Virus record (IMG/VR): IMGVR_UViG_3300030419_007196
Span: 60,865 to 124,864 of that record
Direction: 5' to 3' (one strand)
From: a virus
Length of the DNA stretch: 64,000 bases
The notes under the pieces were generated by a model. The model saw only the letters and a list, made by a program, of their open reading frames with translations, searched no databases and had not been told where the DNA came from. Positions 38,935 through 48,893 of the stretch are shown in pieces; position 1 is the stretch's first letter; every line of letters starts with the position of its first letter. The position numbers and the translations under genes are program-made.

Positions 38935-39363
38935 TTATAGCTCCTCAACCAACTCAATAAGAGTTCCATCCGGGTCACGGCAAAAGGCAATCTTAACTTT
39001 ACCATCTGGTGAGATTTGAACTGGGTAATTAAACTCAATCCCTTCTTCTAAAAGCTGTTCGTACAAGCTGTCTAGATCATCAACCGTCATAGCAAAATGA
39101 GAACAGCCAATCTCTGTTATTCTTCGCACCTTGTTGTTGTGCGGCTTTTCTGGGTGTGACCTATACCTTAAAAGCTCTAACATGTTTTTATTCTTATCGA
39201 CCATTTTTACTGTTGTAACATCAATATTTTTTATTCCCGAAAAATTGTCTATACAGTCACCAGACTCTTCCGCCTGTTTTAGAACCTTGAATCCCAAAAT
39301 TTCCGTATAAAATCTTAAAGATGTATCTAAATTACTAACTGTTATACCCACATGCCTAATCAT
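38935..39363 (-). CDS. VOC/glyoxalase family protein
   Basis: HVGITVSNL, HFAMTVDDL, RDPDGTLIELVE. Confidence 0.9.
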   Translation of the reverse strand: MIRHVGITVSNLDTSLRFYTEILGFKVLKQAEESGDCIDNFSGIKNIDVTTVKMVDKNKNMLELLRYRSHPEKPHNNKVRRITEIGCSHFAMTVDDLDSLYEQLLEEGIEFNYPVQISPDGKVKIAFCRDPDGTLIELVEEL

Positions 39364-39372
39364 TTTATCCTC

Positions 39373-40629
39373 CTAACAAACCTTTTTAATACATTCTTCC
39401 ATAACGTCAGCAGCTTCATTAATAGCGTCAATAGTAATAGTAAGTGGTGGTCCAAGCTTAATAGAGGTCGACCATGTATTTACTGGCATGACGCCATTTT
39501 TAACCGAATTGATAACGACATCATTTGCCTTTGAGGGGTCATGAAAAATTATTCCTGCCACCATGCCCTTAATATTGACCGTATCAATTGCATCATACTT
39601 AACTAAATCACCAAAGCGCCTTTCAAAAACTTTAACCTTTTCACTCAGAGACTCTTGAAATTGTGAATTTGTCAAGAAGTCTAAATTTGCCATCGTGGCT
39701 GCGCAACAAAGAGGGTTTCCCGCATGAGTACCTCCAATTTTTGTTGTGTTATCAACTAACTCTTTAGTGCTTAACACAGCAGACATCGGCATCGGTGAAG
39801 ATAGGCCCTTACCAAGACATATAATATCTGGTTTAATGTATTCTCCGTAGGCCATATATCCATATAACTGGCCCATCCGATATAGGCCGGCCTGTATTTC
39901 GTCAAAACAAACTAGGGCACCATGTTTCCTTGCGAAGCTGTACAAATTTTTAATATAATTCTCTGGGTACATCCAAGCACCCCAGCCTTGATAGGTTTCT
40001 AAGAAAACTGCTGCAATTTTGTCTGGTTCAACCCACGAAGGCAAGTCATTTGGATCAAAATCTTCCCCTCGATAGGGGAATTTAAGAAAAATAACGTCAT
40101 CATCTTTTAAATTTGACCAATTGGTGCTATCGGCATTACCACAAATGAAATCAGAACTTAGAACTCTGCCATGATAACTGCCCTCAAAGCAGATAATATA
40201 TTTTTTGTTATTACGGCTAGCCCACATTTTAATCATTTTATAGGCCATATCTGTTGCTTCGGAGCCAGTATTTAATAAAATAACCTTTTCAAAATAATCT
40301 GGAGATACGTCCAAGATTTTTTTAGCCAGTTGCTTTCTAATTTCAGTAGGGTAAAAAAATGAAAAGCTTAAATCTGAATCTAATTGATTCTTGATCGCGT
40401 CGTTTACAACAGGGTTTGAATGGCCGGCATTAGTTGCAAAAATTCCAGATGTCATGTCTATCCATTTATTTCCCGATTCATCATAAACAGAAAAATCTTT
40501 TGCGCGGTGCCACTTGACAGGTAGCTGGGATCTCAAGTTTATAGATTCGTGTTCACAAGGATTAATTTTTGCCAAATCCTCATTTATCTTAAAATCATCT
40601 TTTATTATTATATTTTTTGTATTTATCAT
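39373..40629 (-). CDS. Class III PLP-dependent aminotransferase
   Basis: NAGHSNP, TGSEATD, SYHGR, FDEIQAG, LGKGLS, GTHAGNPL. Confidence 0.9.
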   Translation of the reverse strand: MINTKNIIIKDDFKINEDLAKINPCEHESINLRSQLPVKWHRAKDFSVYDESGNKWIDMTSGIFATNAGHSNPVVNDAIKNQLDSDLSFSFFYPTEIRKQLAKKILDVSPDYFEKVILLNTGSEATDMAYKMIKMWASRNNKKYIICFEGSYHGRVLSSDFICGNADSTNWSNLKDDDVIFLKFPYRGEDFDPNDLPSWVEPDKIAAVFLETYQGWGAWMYPENYIKNLYSFARKHGALVCFDEIQAGLYRMGQLYGYMAYGEYIKPDIICLGKGLSSPMPMSAVLSTKELVDNTTKIGGTHAGNPLCCAATMANLDFLTNSQFQESLSEKVKVFERRFGDLVKYDAIDTVNIKGMVAGIIFHDPSKANDVVINSVKNGVMPVNTWSTSIKLGPPLTITIDAINEAADVMEECIKKVC

Positions 40630-40630
40630 T

Positions 40631-41368
40631 TTAAAATTGTCTCTGTAGTGTTTCTAAAAGTGGGCTGCCGTTTAACGATAATTGGAATTCTAGAAGTTTA
40701 AATTCATATTCCATGTCTACCTCTGTCACATTTTCTGTGATGGCCGGCATAATTTTTGTGCCGAAAGCACTTTCGCTAGAATAAACCTGTTCTCTTTTAC
40801 AGATATCAATATATCCATTTGGTTGATACCCTTTTGGGAAGGTTTGCCTAGGAAGGTTTGTATAATCTTTGATACCTTTATAATCTTTGAAAAATCCTTT
40901 ACAAAAGCCATTTTCAATTTTAAAAACTTTGTACGGCGGCTCTGGTAATTCATGCATCGACCGAAGACCAGACATTTTCTCTCGATTATGAAAAAAGAAA
41001 TTTATATGTTCGGAAAGTTGATTTGGGTTTCTTAGCGGCGTTGTTGGTCTCATATAAGCTACCTCTTCAACGTCGACTAAATCAAAAAAATGTTTTAGAA
41101 CATCATAGTCCTTAGAGTTGTCCTGCGCGTATTTTGATGGCCTCATAAATGGAACGTCTGCTCCGTAGTACTTGGCGACATCTGCTATTTCTTTACTGTC
41201 TGTTGAAACAACCACACGGTCTATCTGATCGCACAACTTACACGCGACAATAGAATATGCTATCAGCGGAAAGCCATTTAAATTTTTTATGTTTTTTCCC
41301 GGCACACCTTTGCTACCGCCGCGTGCTGGAATAACAGCCGTTATTCTATTCATAATAATCCAAGTCAC
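40631..41368 (-). CDS. neuA: Acylneuraminate (nonulosonic acid) cytidylyltransferase
   Basis: IPARGGSKGVPGKNIK, VVSTD, PTTPLR, YQPNGYI; alternative start at 41353. Confidence 0.9.
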   Translation of the reverse strand: MTWIIMNRITAVIPARGGSKGVPGKNIKNLNGFPLIAYSIVACKLCDQIDRVVVSTDSKEIADVAKYYGADVPFMRPSKYAQDNSKDYDVLKHFFDLVDVEEVAYMRPTTPLRNPNQLSEHINFFFHNREKMSGLRSMHELPEPPYKVFKIENGFCKGFFKDYKGIKDYTNLPRQTFPKGYQPNGYIDICKREQVYSSESAFGTKIMPAITENVTEVDMEYEFKLLEFQLSLNGSPLLETLQRQF

Positions 41369-43101
41369 ATTTCGAGTATTTTTTCAATTTGATCGTTATC
41401 AATATACTCTCTTGCTTGTAAAAACGTGTCCATGGGCATACTACCAAAATTCACCGGTGCGCCGTGCTTGTTATTAAGCACTTTTGTGGCGTCATCTAGT
41501 TCTAATACATACTTGTGGAAATTTTCGTCACAAATTGGCTCAACCATATTATCAAACTTAATGTCAAAATGCTTTTGCAAATCGTCTTTAACTACCTTCC
41601 ACATAGAGGTCCCGGGATACGCTGTGGCCGTAAACATTTTTCTATTTACGGCGTCTTTACATATATTATACTCTTTTGTGCCAAAAGTCAAGCCTTCTGT
41701 TAAATATTGTTGTTGCCAAAGTATAAAAGCAACACTTGTTTTTAAGTGTTTTAGCTCTTCGCCCGGGTAGGCCATGATCCATGTGCAATTTCCATGAATT
41801 CCAGATTTCCTGCAGTTTTTAATAGCGTTCACCATAGTTGTTGGAAAGTTGTATGTATTACCATTAATTTTTGTAGAAGTTGTGCCATTCTTTAAAATAA
41901 AGCCACCCTTTTGCATTTGAGTCAAGGTGTGAGGATCTGCCGATTCTGCACCAAAACCAATATAGACGCAGCCTGCCTCAGCCATGTGAAAAGCGCGCTC
42001 ATCTGCCTCGTCCATACGAGTGTGAGTGCCCCAGCGGATCTTATCAAGGCCATAACTACCAAACACCTCTTTAATTTTTTTAATTCTTCTTTTGCTTACA
42101 GCAAAATTATCATCCGGAAAACCAATAAAATCTAAATTATACTTTTTAACATATCCTAAAACTTGTTCTGCGATATGTTCTAAAGAGCGCATCCCATAGT
42201 TTTTCTCACCCTGTGCACCTCTGTAACAAAAAGCACAAGAATAAGGGCACCCTCTACTACTAACTGTCGTTAAACTTCTCTTCATCTCAAACGGAGCAGC
42301 AGAACTATTATTAGCTGCAACGCCCCAGACTGGCACCTTGATATAATCTTCTAACAAATTGTGCCCATATGGGTCACGCTCCAATAAATCCCATGCTGGA
42401 TATGGTATGATATCCAAATTTCTTGGTCGATTACCCTCATAAATAAACCTATGCCTGCCTTGATGCTCCCCGACATAGTATGGACTAATTTTAGTAGACC
42501 TGACAGCTTTTGACCAACCCATTTCTTTGATTGTTTTAACATCTCTAGCAATCAGTAAGATAATGTCGTCGCCCTCTGATCTTCCAATACCATCCAACTC
42601 TGGAATCCAGTTAAACAAGCCAGACTTAATCTCTGTTGCCAAGCCACCACCTGTGACTAAAAAACAATCTGGCTGGTGTTTTTTAACAATCTTTGCCATG
42701 TCCTCTTGCCATCTCAGCGTGGTAATTTTACCAGAAAAAGCAATTAAATCTTGATCACCATGATTTTGCAAATGCTGGACAAACATATCCTCTGCCTCTT
42801 GCAAGGTCAAATGACGGCCGTTAATGAGGTTTCTTCTCTTGGAATCCTCGTCATGCACTCTGTATCCATTTAGATCAATAATGTGTGGCTCGGCACCATA
42901 TTGTCTTAGAATTGAGGCTAGCAGGGCCGGCCCCTCTGGAGGGGTGTTCGGCTTTGCGCTTTCTCGCAAGGGCATGTTGATAAATGTTGCTTTTATACCC
43001 TTTAATTCGTTATATTTGTATTCACCTATGAGTTCTTTAGGGTGTAAAGGTACGATCTTTTGAACATCGCCCAGCTTGATTAATTTTGAATATCTGTCCA
43101 T
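41365..43101 (-). CDS. B12-binding radical SAM enzyme (class B methyltransferase-like)
   Basis: N-terminal cobalamin-binding-like domain; SSRGCPYSCAFC; DDNF; GCVYIGFGAES; YPGT. Confidence 0.85.
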   Translation of the reverse strand: MDRYSKLIKLGDVQKIVPLHPKELIGEYKYNELKGIKATFINMPLRESAKPNTPPEGPALLASILRQYGAEPHIIDLNGYRVHDEDSKRRNLINGRHLTLQEAEDMFVQHLQNHGDQDLIAFSGKITTLRWQEDMAKIVKKHQPDCFLVTGGGLATEIKSGLFNWIPELDGIGRSEGDDIILLIARDVKTIKEMGWSKAVRSTKISPYYVGEHQGRHRFIYEGNRPRNLDIIPYPAWDLLERDPYGHNLLEDYIKVPVWGVAANNSSAAPFEMKRSLTTVSSRGCPYSCAFCYRGAQGEKNYGMRSLEHIAEQVLGYVKKYNLDFIGFPDDNFAVSKRRIKKIKEVFGSYGLDKIRWGTHTRMDEADERAFHMAEAGCVYIGFGAESADPHTLTQMQKGGFILKNGTTSTKINGNTYNFPTTMVNAIKNCRKSGIHGNCTWIMAYPGEELKHLKTSVAFILWQQQYLTEGLTFGTKEYNICKDAVNRKMFTATAYPGTSMWKVVKDDLQKHFDIKFDNMVEPICDENFHKYVLELDDATKVLNNKHGAPVNFGSMPMDTFLQAREYIDNDQIEKILEM

Positions 43102-44063
43102 TCTTTCCTACCCTTAAAAACTAAGCAATCGCCAACCATTTTAGAGTTAATTAACTTTTCGTATTCTCTCTCTACATTATCATAAAAAGAGTTTATTTCT
43201 TTTTGTGTATCAGTTTCTCCCGATGTGGGGATGGGAAGAGACAGCGCTGCGTTCGCTGTAGGCTGTGGACCATGATTTTGTGCCCAATATACATGATTGA
43301 AGAATGGATACATTAAAAAACTAGAAACTTCACCGTCAAAACCACACTCACGACACATATCCTGCAGGGATTTTGCTGTAAAATAGTGAATGTGCGCTTT
43401 GTGGTAATAAAAATCTCTATAAGTAATGTCCTTATTATAACAACTCAACAGTACATCATCGTGATTAGGGACCTCTAAAACCAGCGCTGCGCCTTTTTTC
43501 ATACATGTGTTTAAATTTTTGAGAAATGTTTTTGGAGATAAGGTGTGCTCCAACACCTCAAAAGAAACCACCATGTCGTAACAATCCTTTTCTAAGTCTG
43601 TTTTCTCTAATAAAGAGTTGTATACGCGGGATTTTGGATATTTTTCTCGTATATAAGCAGCATCCTCCGTGTTAGGCTCTACCACATGATAACATTTAAC
43701 ACCGGCCCTAGAGACATGATCTATGATGCCGCCGTGTGATGGACCCACCTCTAGAAAATTTGTATTTGGACCTAGGTCGGCAGAAAATAAATTAAATTGC
43801 TTTTTGTTTATTTTTTTAAAAATTTGAAAATGCTTATCTGTTTGTACTTTCTTCCCATCAGAGTTAGCGCTGAACTCTTCTCTATATTGTTCTTTATAAT
43901 ATGATTCGTCTGGCCACTCAACAGGGTCGAGCAGGCCATGGCCAGATTGGCGATGAACCCAGATAACTGTTTCCACCCCCTTTCTTAGGCGCACTCTTTT
44001 AGCAAAAAAATCATCCGCATTATAGTGAGAAAGACCTGATTGTTCTAAAATTTTGCTGTTCAT
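43080..44063 (-). CDS. Class I SAM methyltransferase
   Basis: FLEVGPSHG, YDMVVSFEVLEH, LEVPN, HIHYF. Confidence 0.85.
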   Translation of the reverse strand: MNSKILEQSGLSHYNADDFFAKRVRLRKGVETVIWVHRQSGHGLLDPVEWPDESYYKEQYREEFSANSDGKKVQTDKHFQIFKKINKKQFNLFSADLGPNTNFLEVGPSHGGIIDHVSRAGVKCYHVVEPNTEDAAYIREKYPKSRVYNSLLEKTDLEKDCYDMVVSFEVLEHTLSPKTFLKNLNTCMKKGAALVLEVPNHDDVLLSCYNKDITYRDFYYHKAHIHYFTAKSLQDMCRECGFDGEVSSFLMYPFFNHVYWAQNHGPQPTANAALSLPIPTSGETDTQKEINSFYDNVEREYEKLINSKMVGDCLVFKGRKEWTDIQN

Positions 44064-44909
44064 TTATAGTGTGTCAACCCTTCGAAGCTTCTTGGCAATT
44101 TGTTTTTCCTTTTCAGAGACATGCTTAAAGCCATCGCCCATGGCGACTTCAATACTGCGGATGTAGTCAACTAACCTACGCAATCCGGCCAGTTCCACAG
44201 AAGCGGATTGATCAGAACCATACATCGATCGATCTAAAGTTATATGTCTTTCAATAGATGAGGCACCCATCGCAACGGCGGCACAGCTTACAATCAAGCC
44301 TGTTTCATGGCCGCTGTAACCAACTTTGATGGCACCGCCGAAAGTCTTTTTTAGGGTTACCATCGCATTTAAATTAGCCTCTTCAAGCGGCATCGGGTAA
44401 GTGCTGTTACAGTACATTAGTTCAAATGGGCAGCCCTTGTCTTGAAATATCTTTACTGCTTTTTGAATTTGTGTTAGGGTGCTCATACCAGTAGAAATAA
44501 ATGTATAGCGACCCTCTTCTGCTATAGTTTCCAATAACTCAGCGTGAGTTAACATAGCAGAGGCTACCTTATTATATTTTAAATTGTATTGTCTTAGGAA
44601 GATTTGACTTTGTATGTCCCATGCGGAAGCTAGCCACTCGATTCCCTTCTCTTTGCAATATCGATCAATTTCATCATATTGTTCTTTGTTGAATTCAAGA
44701 CCTTCTTTTTGCTGTCTGTTTGTAGTCCCCCATGGACTTTCGCGAGGACGATCTAGGTCTTCCTTGGCGTATACGATATCAATCGATCTCTTCTGAAATT
44801 TAACTGCATCGCAGCCGGCGTCAACTGCGCCATCAATCAACTTTTTTGCAATCTCCATATCGCCGTTGTGATTGATTCCAATTTCAGCGATAATAAAAAC
44901 ACTACTCAT
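44064..44909 (-). CDS. neuB: N-acetylneuraminate/nonulosonate synthase, lacking the C-terminal SAF domain
   Basis: IIAEIGINHNGD, DAVKFQK, ISTGMS, STYP, GYSGHETG, IERHITLDR; 281 aa. Confidence 0.92.
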   Translation of the reverse strand: MSSVFIIAEIGINHNGDMEIAKKLIDGAVDAGCDAVKFQKRSIDIVYAKEDLDRPRESPWGTTNRQQKEGLEFNKEQYDEIDRYCKEKGIEWLASAWDIQSQIFLRQYNLKYNKVASAMLTHAELLETIAEEGRYTFISTGMSTLTQIQKAVKIFQDKGCPFELMYCNSTYPMPLEEANLNAMVTLKKTFGGAIKVGYSGHETGLIVSCAAVAMGASSIERHITLDRSMYGSDQSASVELAGLRRLVDYIRSIEVAMGDGFKHVSEKEKQIAKKLRRVDTL

Positions 44910-44932
44910 TTGTGCCCCCTTTGTATGATACT

Positions 44933-44961
44933 ATTTTATCACTTTTTCGTTTTTTTTAAAA
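44933..44961 (-). promoter_or_regulatory. Sigma70-like promoter before neuB (TTTAAA-16-TAAAAT with extended TG)
   Basis: Minus strand tttaaaaaaaacgaaaaagTGaTAAAAT in an intergenic gap; same architecture at 50755-50783. Confidence 0.5.
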
Positions 44962-45696
44962 CAAAATATGTGTTTTTACAAAAATAATCCACTCTTTCAG
45001 GGTCACTCTATTAGTTTTCCAGTATGATCCCAAGGTCTTAGGGGCACCTCTGCCTAAATGAAGAAAAATAACATTATTATCAAAATCAAAAGCTCGATCT
45101 ACGAATTGAAGCGATTTATATGGCTCTTTACAAACCTCAAGTAACGACTTGTCATTATGGGTGTTGTTACAAGAAAAATATTTTAAATTGTTGTCTCTAC
45201 AATATTGTGTAATACTGTCTCCAACATCCAATATTTGAGTGCCACGATCATATACTGGCATCATATTTACAGATTTGGCCACATCTGTTTTTACTAAAAT
45301 TGCAGAAATGTGAAGGGCCTTTATCCTAGAATTGTCTAAAACATATCCGGCAGCGGGTGTCTCAGAGTCTAGCTGTTCTAATAAAAAATCTAACCAGTTT
45401 TCGCGACAGGCAACAACATCATTATGACAAATAAAAACATAGTCACTTTGAACATAGGGAAGCCCTTTTTCAATCGCAATTGCATTTGCTTCAGAGTTTT
45501 TTAATGTTGTTGGGTTCTGTACCCACCTTATGTTTTCAGATATCGACAATATGTCGTCCTTATAAGAGTCATCTGCAGAGTTCTCTACCACAATATAATT
45601 GAAATCGTGCTCCCCTTTGTATTTTTCAAAGGACATTAAACATAGAGCGGTCAACTCCCTAGAGTGGTAAGAAGGTATAATAAAGTCAAGTTTCAT
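44956..45696 (-). CDS. GT2-like (GT-A) glycosyltransferase
   Basis: FIIPSY, IVVENS, YVFICHNDV. Confidence 0.75.
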   Translation of the reverse strand: MKLDFIIPSYHSRELTALCLMSFEKYKGEHDFNYIVVENSADDSYKDDILSISENIRWVQNPTTLKNSEANAIAIEKGLPYVQSDYVFICHNDVVACRENWLDFLLEQLDSETPAAGYVLDNSRIKALHISAILVKTDVAKSVNMMPVYDRGTQILDVGDSITQYCRDNNLKYFSCNNTHNDKSLLEVCKEPYKSLQFVDRAFDFDNNVIFLHLGRGAPKTLGSYWKTNRVTLKEWIIFVKTHILF

Positions 45697-45698
45697 TT

Positions 45699-46556
45699 TT
45701 AATCACAAAGGTCCCCTTTTTTTTGTACCACTAAACCTAATTGTAAGCCTTGCGAGAAAGAACATATACAATCCTTTACCAAAAATTTGTGATAATCTTC
45801 TTTTGTGTATAGACACTCTAATATGTGCCCAAGAGAAACATTTTGATAATATCCATTCTCACTAGTATAGTGAATATTATGAGATAATACGAGATTTGAA
45901 GAAATGGCATAATGAGTCGTCTCGCCCGGGTTTGGCATAATGGGCTTTGAAAATTCAAATGGGAGCGGGGTGTTGGGCGTTTTGAGAAACAAATCAGTTT
46001 TTCGAAATTCTCTAGACTCTAACGGGACATGCCTTGTTTCAGAAAAATAACTATTAATTGTGCGTTCTGGACTATCAGGCCAGCTATTATTAAAAAATGC
46101 ATTAACAGGGTCAATTTTATTTTTATCTATAAGTGAAGCATAATGTTCTTCAGAATTTCTTTCTTGTTCTCCTAAAAGTTTTGGGAAGCGCCAATATGTA
46201 GCCGTTGAAACTTGAGTTGGTACAAATATTAACATATAACCATTATTTTTTAACAAGTTCAGAGCGGCACAAAAAGTCTCTCTCCACGCAATATCATGTT
46301 CAAAACAGTTTAGAGAGAGAATTAAATCAAATTTCTTATCCTTAAAATCCACATCTAACAAGTGGCCATTAATATCAACGCCCGGGCCGTCATCAATATC
46401 TACTCCAACGTATTCTTTGGATTTTGAGAACATGCCTCTAGCCGCCCCGTTGACATCCAGCGAGCCTATTTCTAAAATATTGCCGGTAATCGCATGTTCT
46501 CCAATTATCTCTTCATCGATGGTTCTTGTGATATAATCTCTCGTGGCTTGGTCCAT
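45699..46556 (-). CDS. Class I SAM methyltransferase
   Basis: ILEIGSLDVNG, YVGVDI..GPGVD, FDLILSLNCFEHD. Confidence 0.8.
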   Translation of the reverse strand: MDQATRDYITRTIDEEIIGEHAITGNILEIGSLDVNGAARGMFSKSKEYVGVDIDDGPGVDINGHLLDVDFKDKKFDLILSLNCFEHDIAWRETFCAALNLLKNNGYMLIFVPTQVSTATYWRFPKLLGEQERNSEEHYASLIDKNKIDPVNAFFNNSWPDSPERTINSYFSETRHVPLESREFRKTDLFLKTPNTPLPFEFSKPIMPNPGETTHYAISSNLVLSHNIHYTSENGYYQNVSLGHILECLYTKEDYHKFLVKDCICSFSQGLQLGLVVQKKGDLCD

Positions 46557-46568
46557 TTTTTAACCTCC

Positions 46569-47567
46569 TTAAAGCAGCCAATGATCATTTTCTAAAGTCC
46601 ATTCAACGACTTCTTTAAGTCTTTCGCGAACATTTTTCTTAGGATCCCAGCCTAGATTTTTCATCTTCTCGGAAGAAAGAGCATATCTTAAATCGTGCCC
46701 GGGCCTTGATGAGTGAAAATCAACCAATTCGTAATCTGCGGTTGAGTCCATTATTTCAGCGATCATTTTAACAAGATTCTCATTGTCAATTTCCTCTCGG
46801 CCGGCCACATTATATTTCTCTCCGGGCTTACCATTTTTAAGCAAGAATAAAACAGCATCCGCTACGTCTGACGCATGGATATAGTGTCTAGAACCCGCTA
46901 CTGTACAAGAGCTATTTGCATGAACAAATATTTTTTCCCCGTCGCGAACCCTCTTGATGATTAACGGAATAAACTTTTCCGGATGTTGTCTGAAGCCGAA
47001 GACATTCATCGTGTGAGTTACAATTATTGGCATCTTGTAAGTGTTTTCATAAGCAATTGCCAATTCCTCCGCGCCAGCTTTAGTGGCCGCATAGGGATTT
47101 CCTGATCGGTACCTGTCGTCTTCTTCATAGAACACACCTTCTGGGGCTGGACCGAAGACCTCATCCGTGCTAAAATATAGAAACAGCTTTAGAGTCTTCT
47201 TTAAATGTAGTCTGGCAAAGTCTAGAATGTTAGTTGTTCCAACCACGTTATCCATGACAAATTCCATGGGATATTCTATGCTTCTATCAACGTGAGAGCC
47301 GGCAGCCAAATGCAAAACATAATTTATAGGCCCTATCTTTTTAGCAACAATATCATTAATTGGTGCCTTTAGATCATGCCAGACAACCTTTAGGCGCTTT
47401 TTCCATAGCGGGTTTTTTTCTAGTAATTCTCCTAGACGGTTTAAGTTTCCGGACACGTCCAAGCGGTCCAAGGAGACCACCTCATAATCTGTCTGTTTTA
47501 ACAAATCCTCGATAACATGGTGTCCGATAAAACCCGCCCCTCCAGTAACCAATATTCTCTCAGTCAT
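46569..47567 (-). CDS. rfbB: dTDP/NDP-glucose 4,6-dehydratase
   Basis: TGGAGFIG, HLAAGSHVDRSI, STDEVFG, PYAATK, QHPEKFIP, RPGHDLRY. Confidence 0.9.
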   Translation of the reverse strand: MTERILVTGGAGFIGHHVIEDLLKQTDYEVVSLDRLDVSGNLNRLGELLEKNPLWKKRLKVVWHDLKAPINDIVAKKIGPINYVLHLAAGSHVDRSIEYPMEFVMDNVVGTTNILDFARLHLKKTLKLFLYFSTDEVFGPAPEGVFYEEDDRYRSGNPYAATKAGAEELAIAYENTYKMPIIVTHTMNVFGFRQHPEKFIPLIIKRVRDGEKIFVHANSSCTVAGSRHYIHASDVADAVLFLLKNGKPGEKYNVAGREEIDNENLVKMIAEIMDSTADYELVDFHSSRPGHDLRYALSSEKMKNLGWDPKKNVRERLKEVVEWTLENDHWLL

Positions 47568-48165
47568 TTTTTACTCCCTTAATAAAAAAATATATTTGCG
47601 GTTTATCCACCCATAGTGTTAATATATTATATTCTATATTAAAATATTCTTTAATATGTTTTAAGTCATACACGACTGGCACCTCATCGTAAATTGCTTG
47701 CCGAACATCGCTGTATCCAAACTTTTTTACCCTTTCTTGAAACAACTTAAATTGAGGATGATTTAAAAAAGAATCGTGCCAAACAGTAGACCAAAGATAA
47801 TTATTTTTGTCATATGCATACTCATGTTCCCCATCTTTAACCCACCCAATCTTGTAGTTTTCAAATCTCCAGTGGTCTCCAAGGCCCCAATCTAAAAAAA
47901 TTTCTCCTCCATTTTTTAGATTTTCGTGACATTTTTTTATAAAATCGTGAGGATTTTTTGAAAAATAAGGGCACCTAGTTGAAATAATTGAATCATATTT
48001 CTTTGTCAATTTCCAATCAGAGTTTATGTCCCAGTTGTTGGCTCTTAAATCGTATAAGTCGCCGGGTGACCAATCGTTATTTGTAAACCCCAGAAGAGCA
48101 ATATCTCCCTTTGTTGGGAACATCGTAGAATACGTTGGTCGTAAAAGTGGATCGCTTCTTCCCAT
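47560..48165 (-). CDS. Methyltransferase-fold protein (degenerate)
   Basis: YDSIIS...HENLKNGGEIFLD resembles the MTase C-terminal half. Confidence 0.5.
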   Translation of the reverse strand: MGRSDPLLRPTYSTMFPTKGDIALLGFTNNDWSPGDLYDLRANNWDINSDWKLTKKYDSIISTRCPYFSKNPHDFIKKCHENLKNGGEIFLDWGLGDHWRFENYKIGWVKDGEHEYAYDKNNYLWSTVWHDSFLNHPQFKLFQERVKKFGYSDVRQAIYDEVPVVYDLKHIKEYFNIEYNILTLWVDKPQIYFFIKGVKND

Positions 48166-48166
48166 C

Positions 48167-48892
48167 TTATTCTAACAACTCCGATATGTAACAAAACTCT
48201 ATTTCATCTTTATTTTTTTCAATAAAGTTTGAAAGTTCTTCTATTTTTTCTTCGCCCAAATGGTTTCTATCCCATTCGCAAGCATGATATACCATCTCTG
48301 TCTTCTCAAACAACTTTAGTTCTTTAAATGGCGGATTGACATTATAATAAACAACATCTTTAAATGTCTTCTGTTCACCCTGATAAGTTTTTAACGCGTA
48401 TTCATCTGGAGATAATGCTAAAACCTGAATTCCTACATGCTTGGCTGCCTTAATGGCGTCTGGCGACATTCTCCATGCCGGCGGTCTAAATATTTTTTTA
48501 AATTTATTAAACAAATTTGCTTTTTTTGTTATATCAAACATTAGATCAAATTTTTCTCTAGCCTCTTCAAAATTTAAATACTGAAATTCGTCATTATTGC
48601 TTTTAAACGGTATCCCATGGTATAAGCCGTGATAACAAAGTTCAAAATTTTTCTCTGGTAGTTTATCCAAATATTTGCAAAACTTTTCGTATTTGTCAAT
48701 ATTCAAAGGCTTGGGGGTACTCGTTAATATTCCAGACCTAGGCATGGTTTGCCAATATGCTATTGGGACAAATAAAGTGAACTTTATATCAGGGTACAAG
48801 TTTATCAATTTCTTGCAACGCTCAACGACTAAAATTGAAGCCCTAGGGTGGGGAGAGACATCATCAATACTGATATTTACTTTAAAGGACAT
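48167..48892 (-). CDS. Polysaccharide deacetylase-like (CE4/DUF2334) protein
   Basis: ISIDDV, LCYHGLYH, FRPPAW; start moved to ATG 48892. Confidence 0.75.
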   Translation of the reverse strand: MSFKVNISIDDVSPHPRASILVVERCKKLINLYPDIKFTLFVPIAYWQTMPRSGILTSTPKPLNIDKYEKFCKYLDKLPEKNFELCYHGLYHGIPFKSNNDEFQYLNFEEAREKFDLMFDITKKANLFNKFKKIFRPPAWRMSPDAIKAAKHVGIQVLALSPDEYALKTYQGEQKTFKDVVYYNVNPPFKELKLFEKTEMVYHACEWDRNHLGEEKIEELSNFIEKNKDEIEFCYISELLE

Positions 48893-48893
48893 G

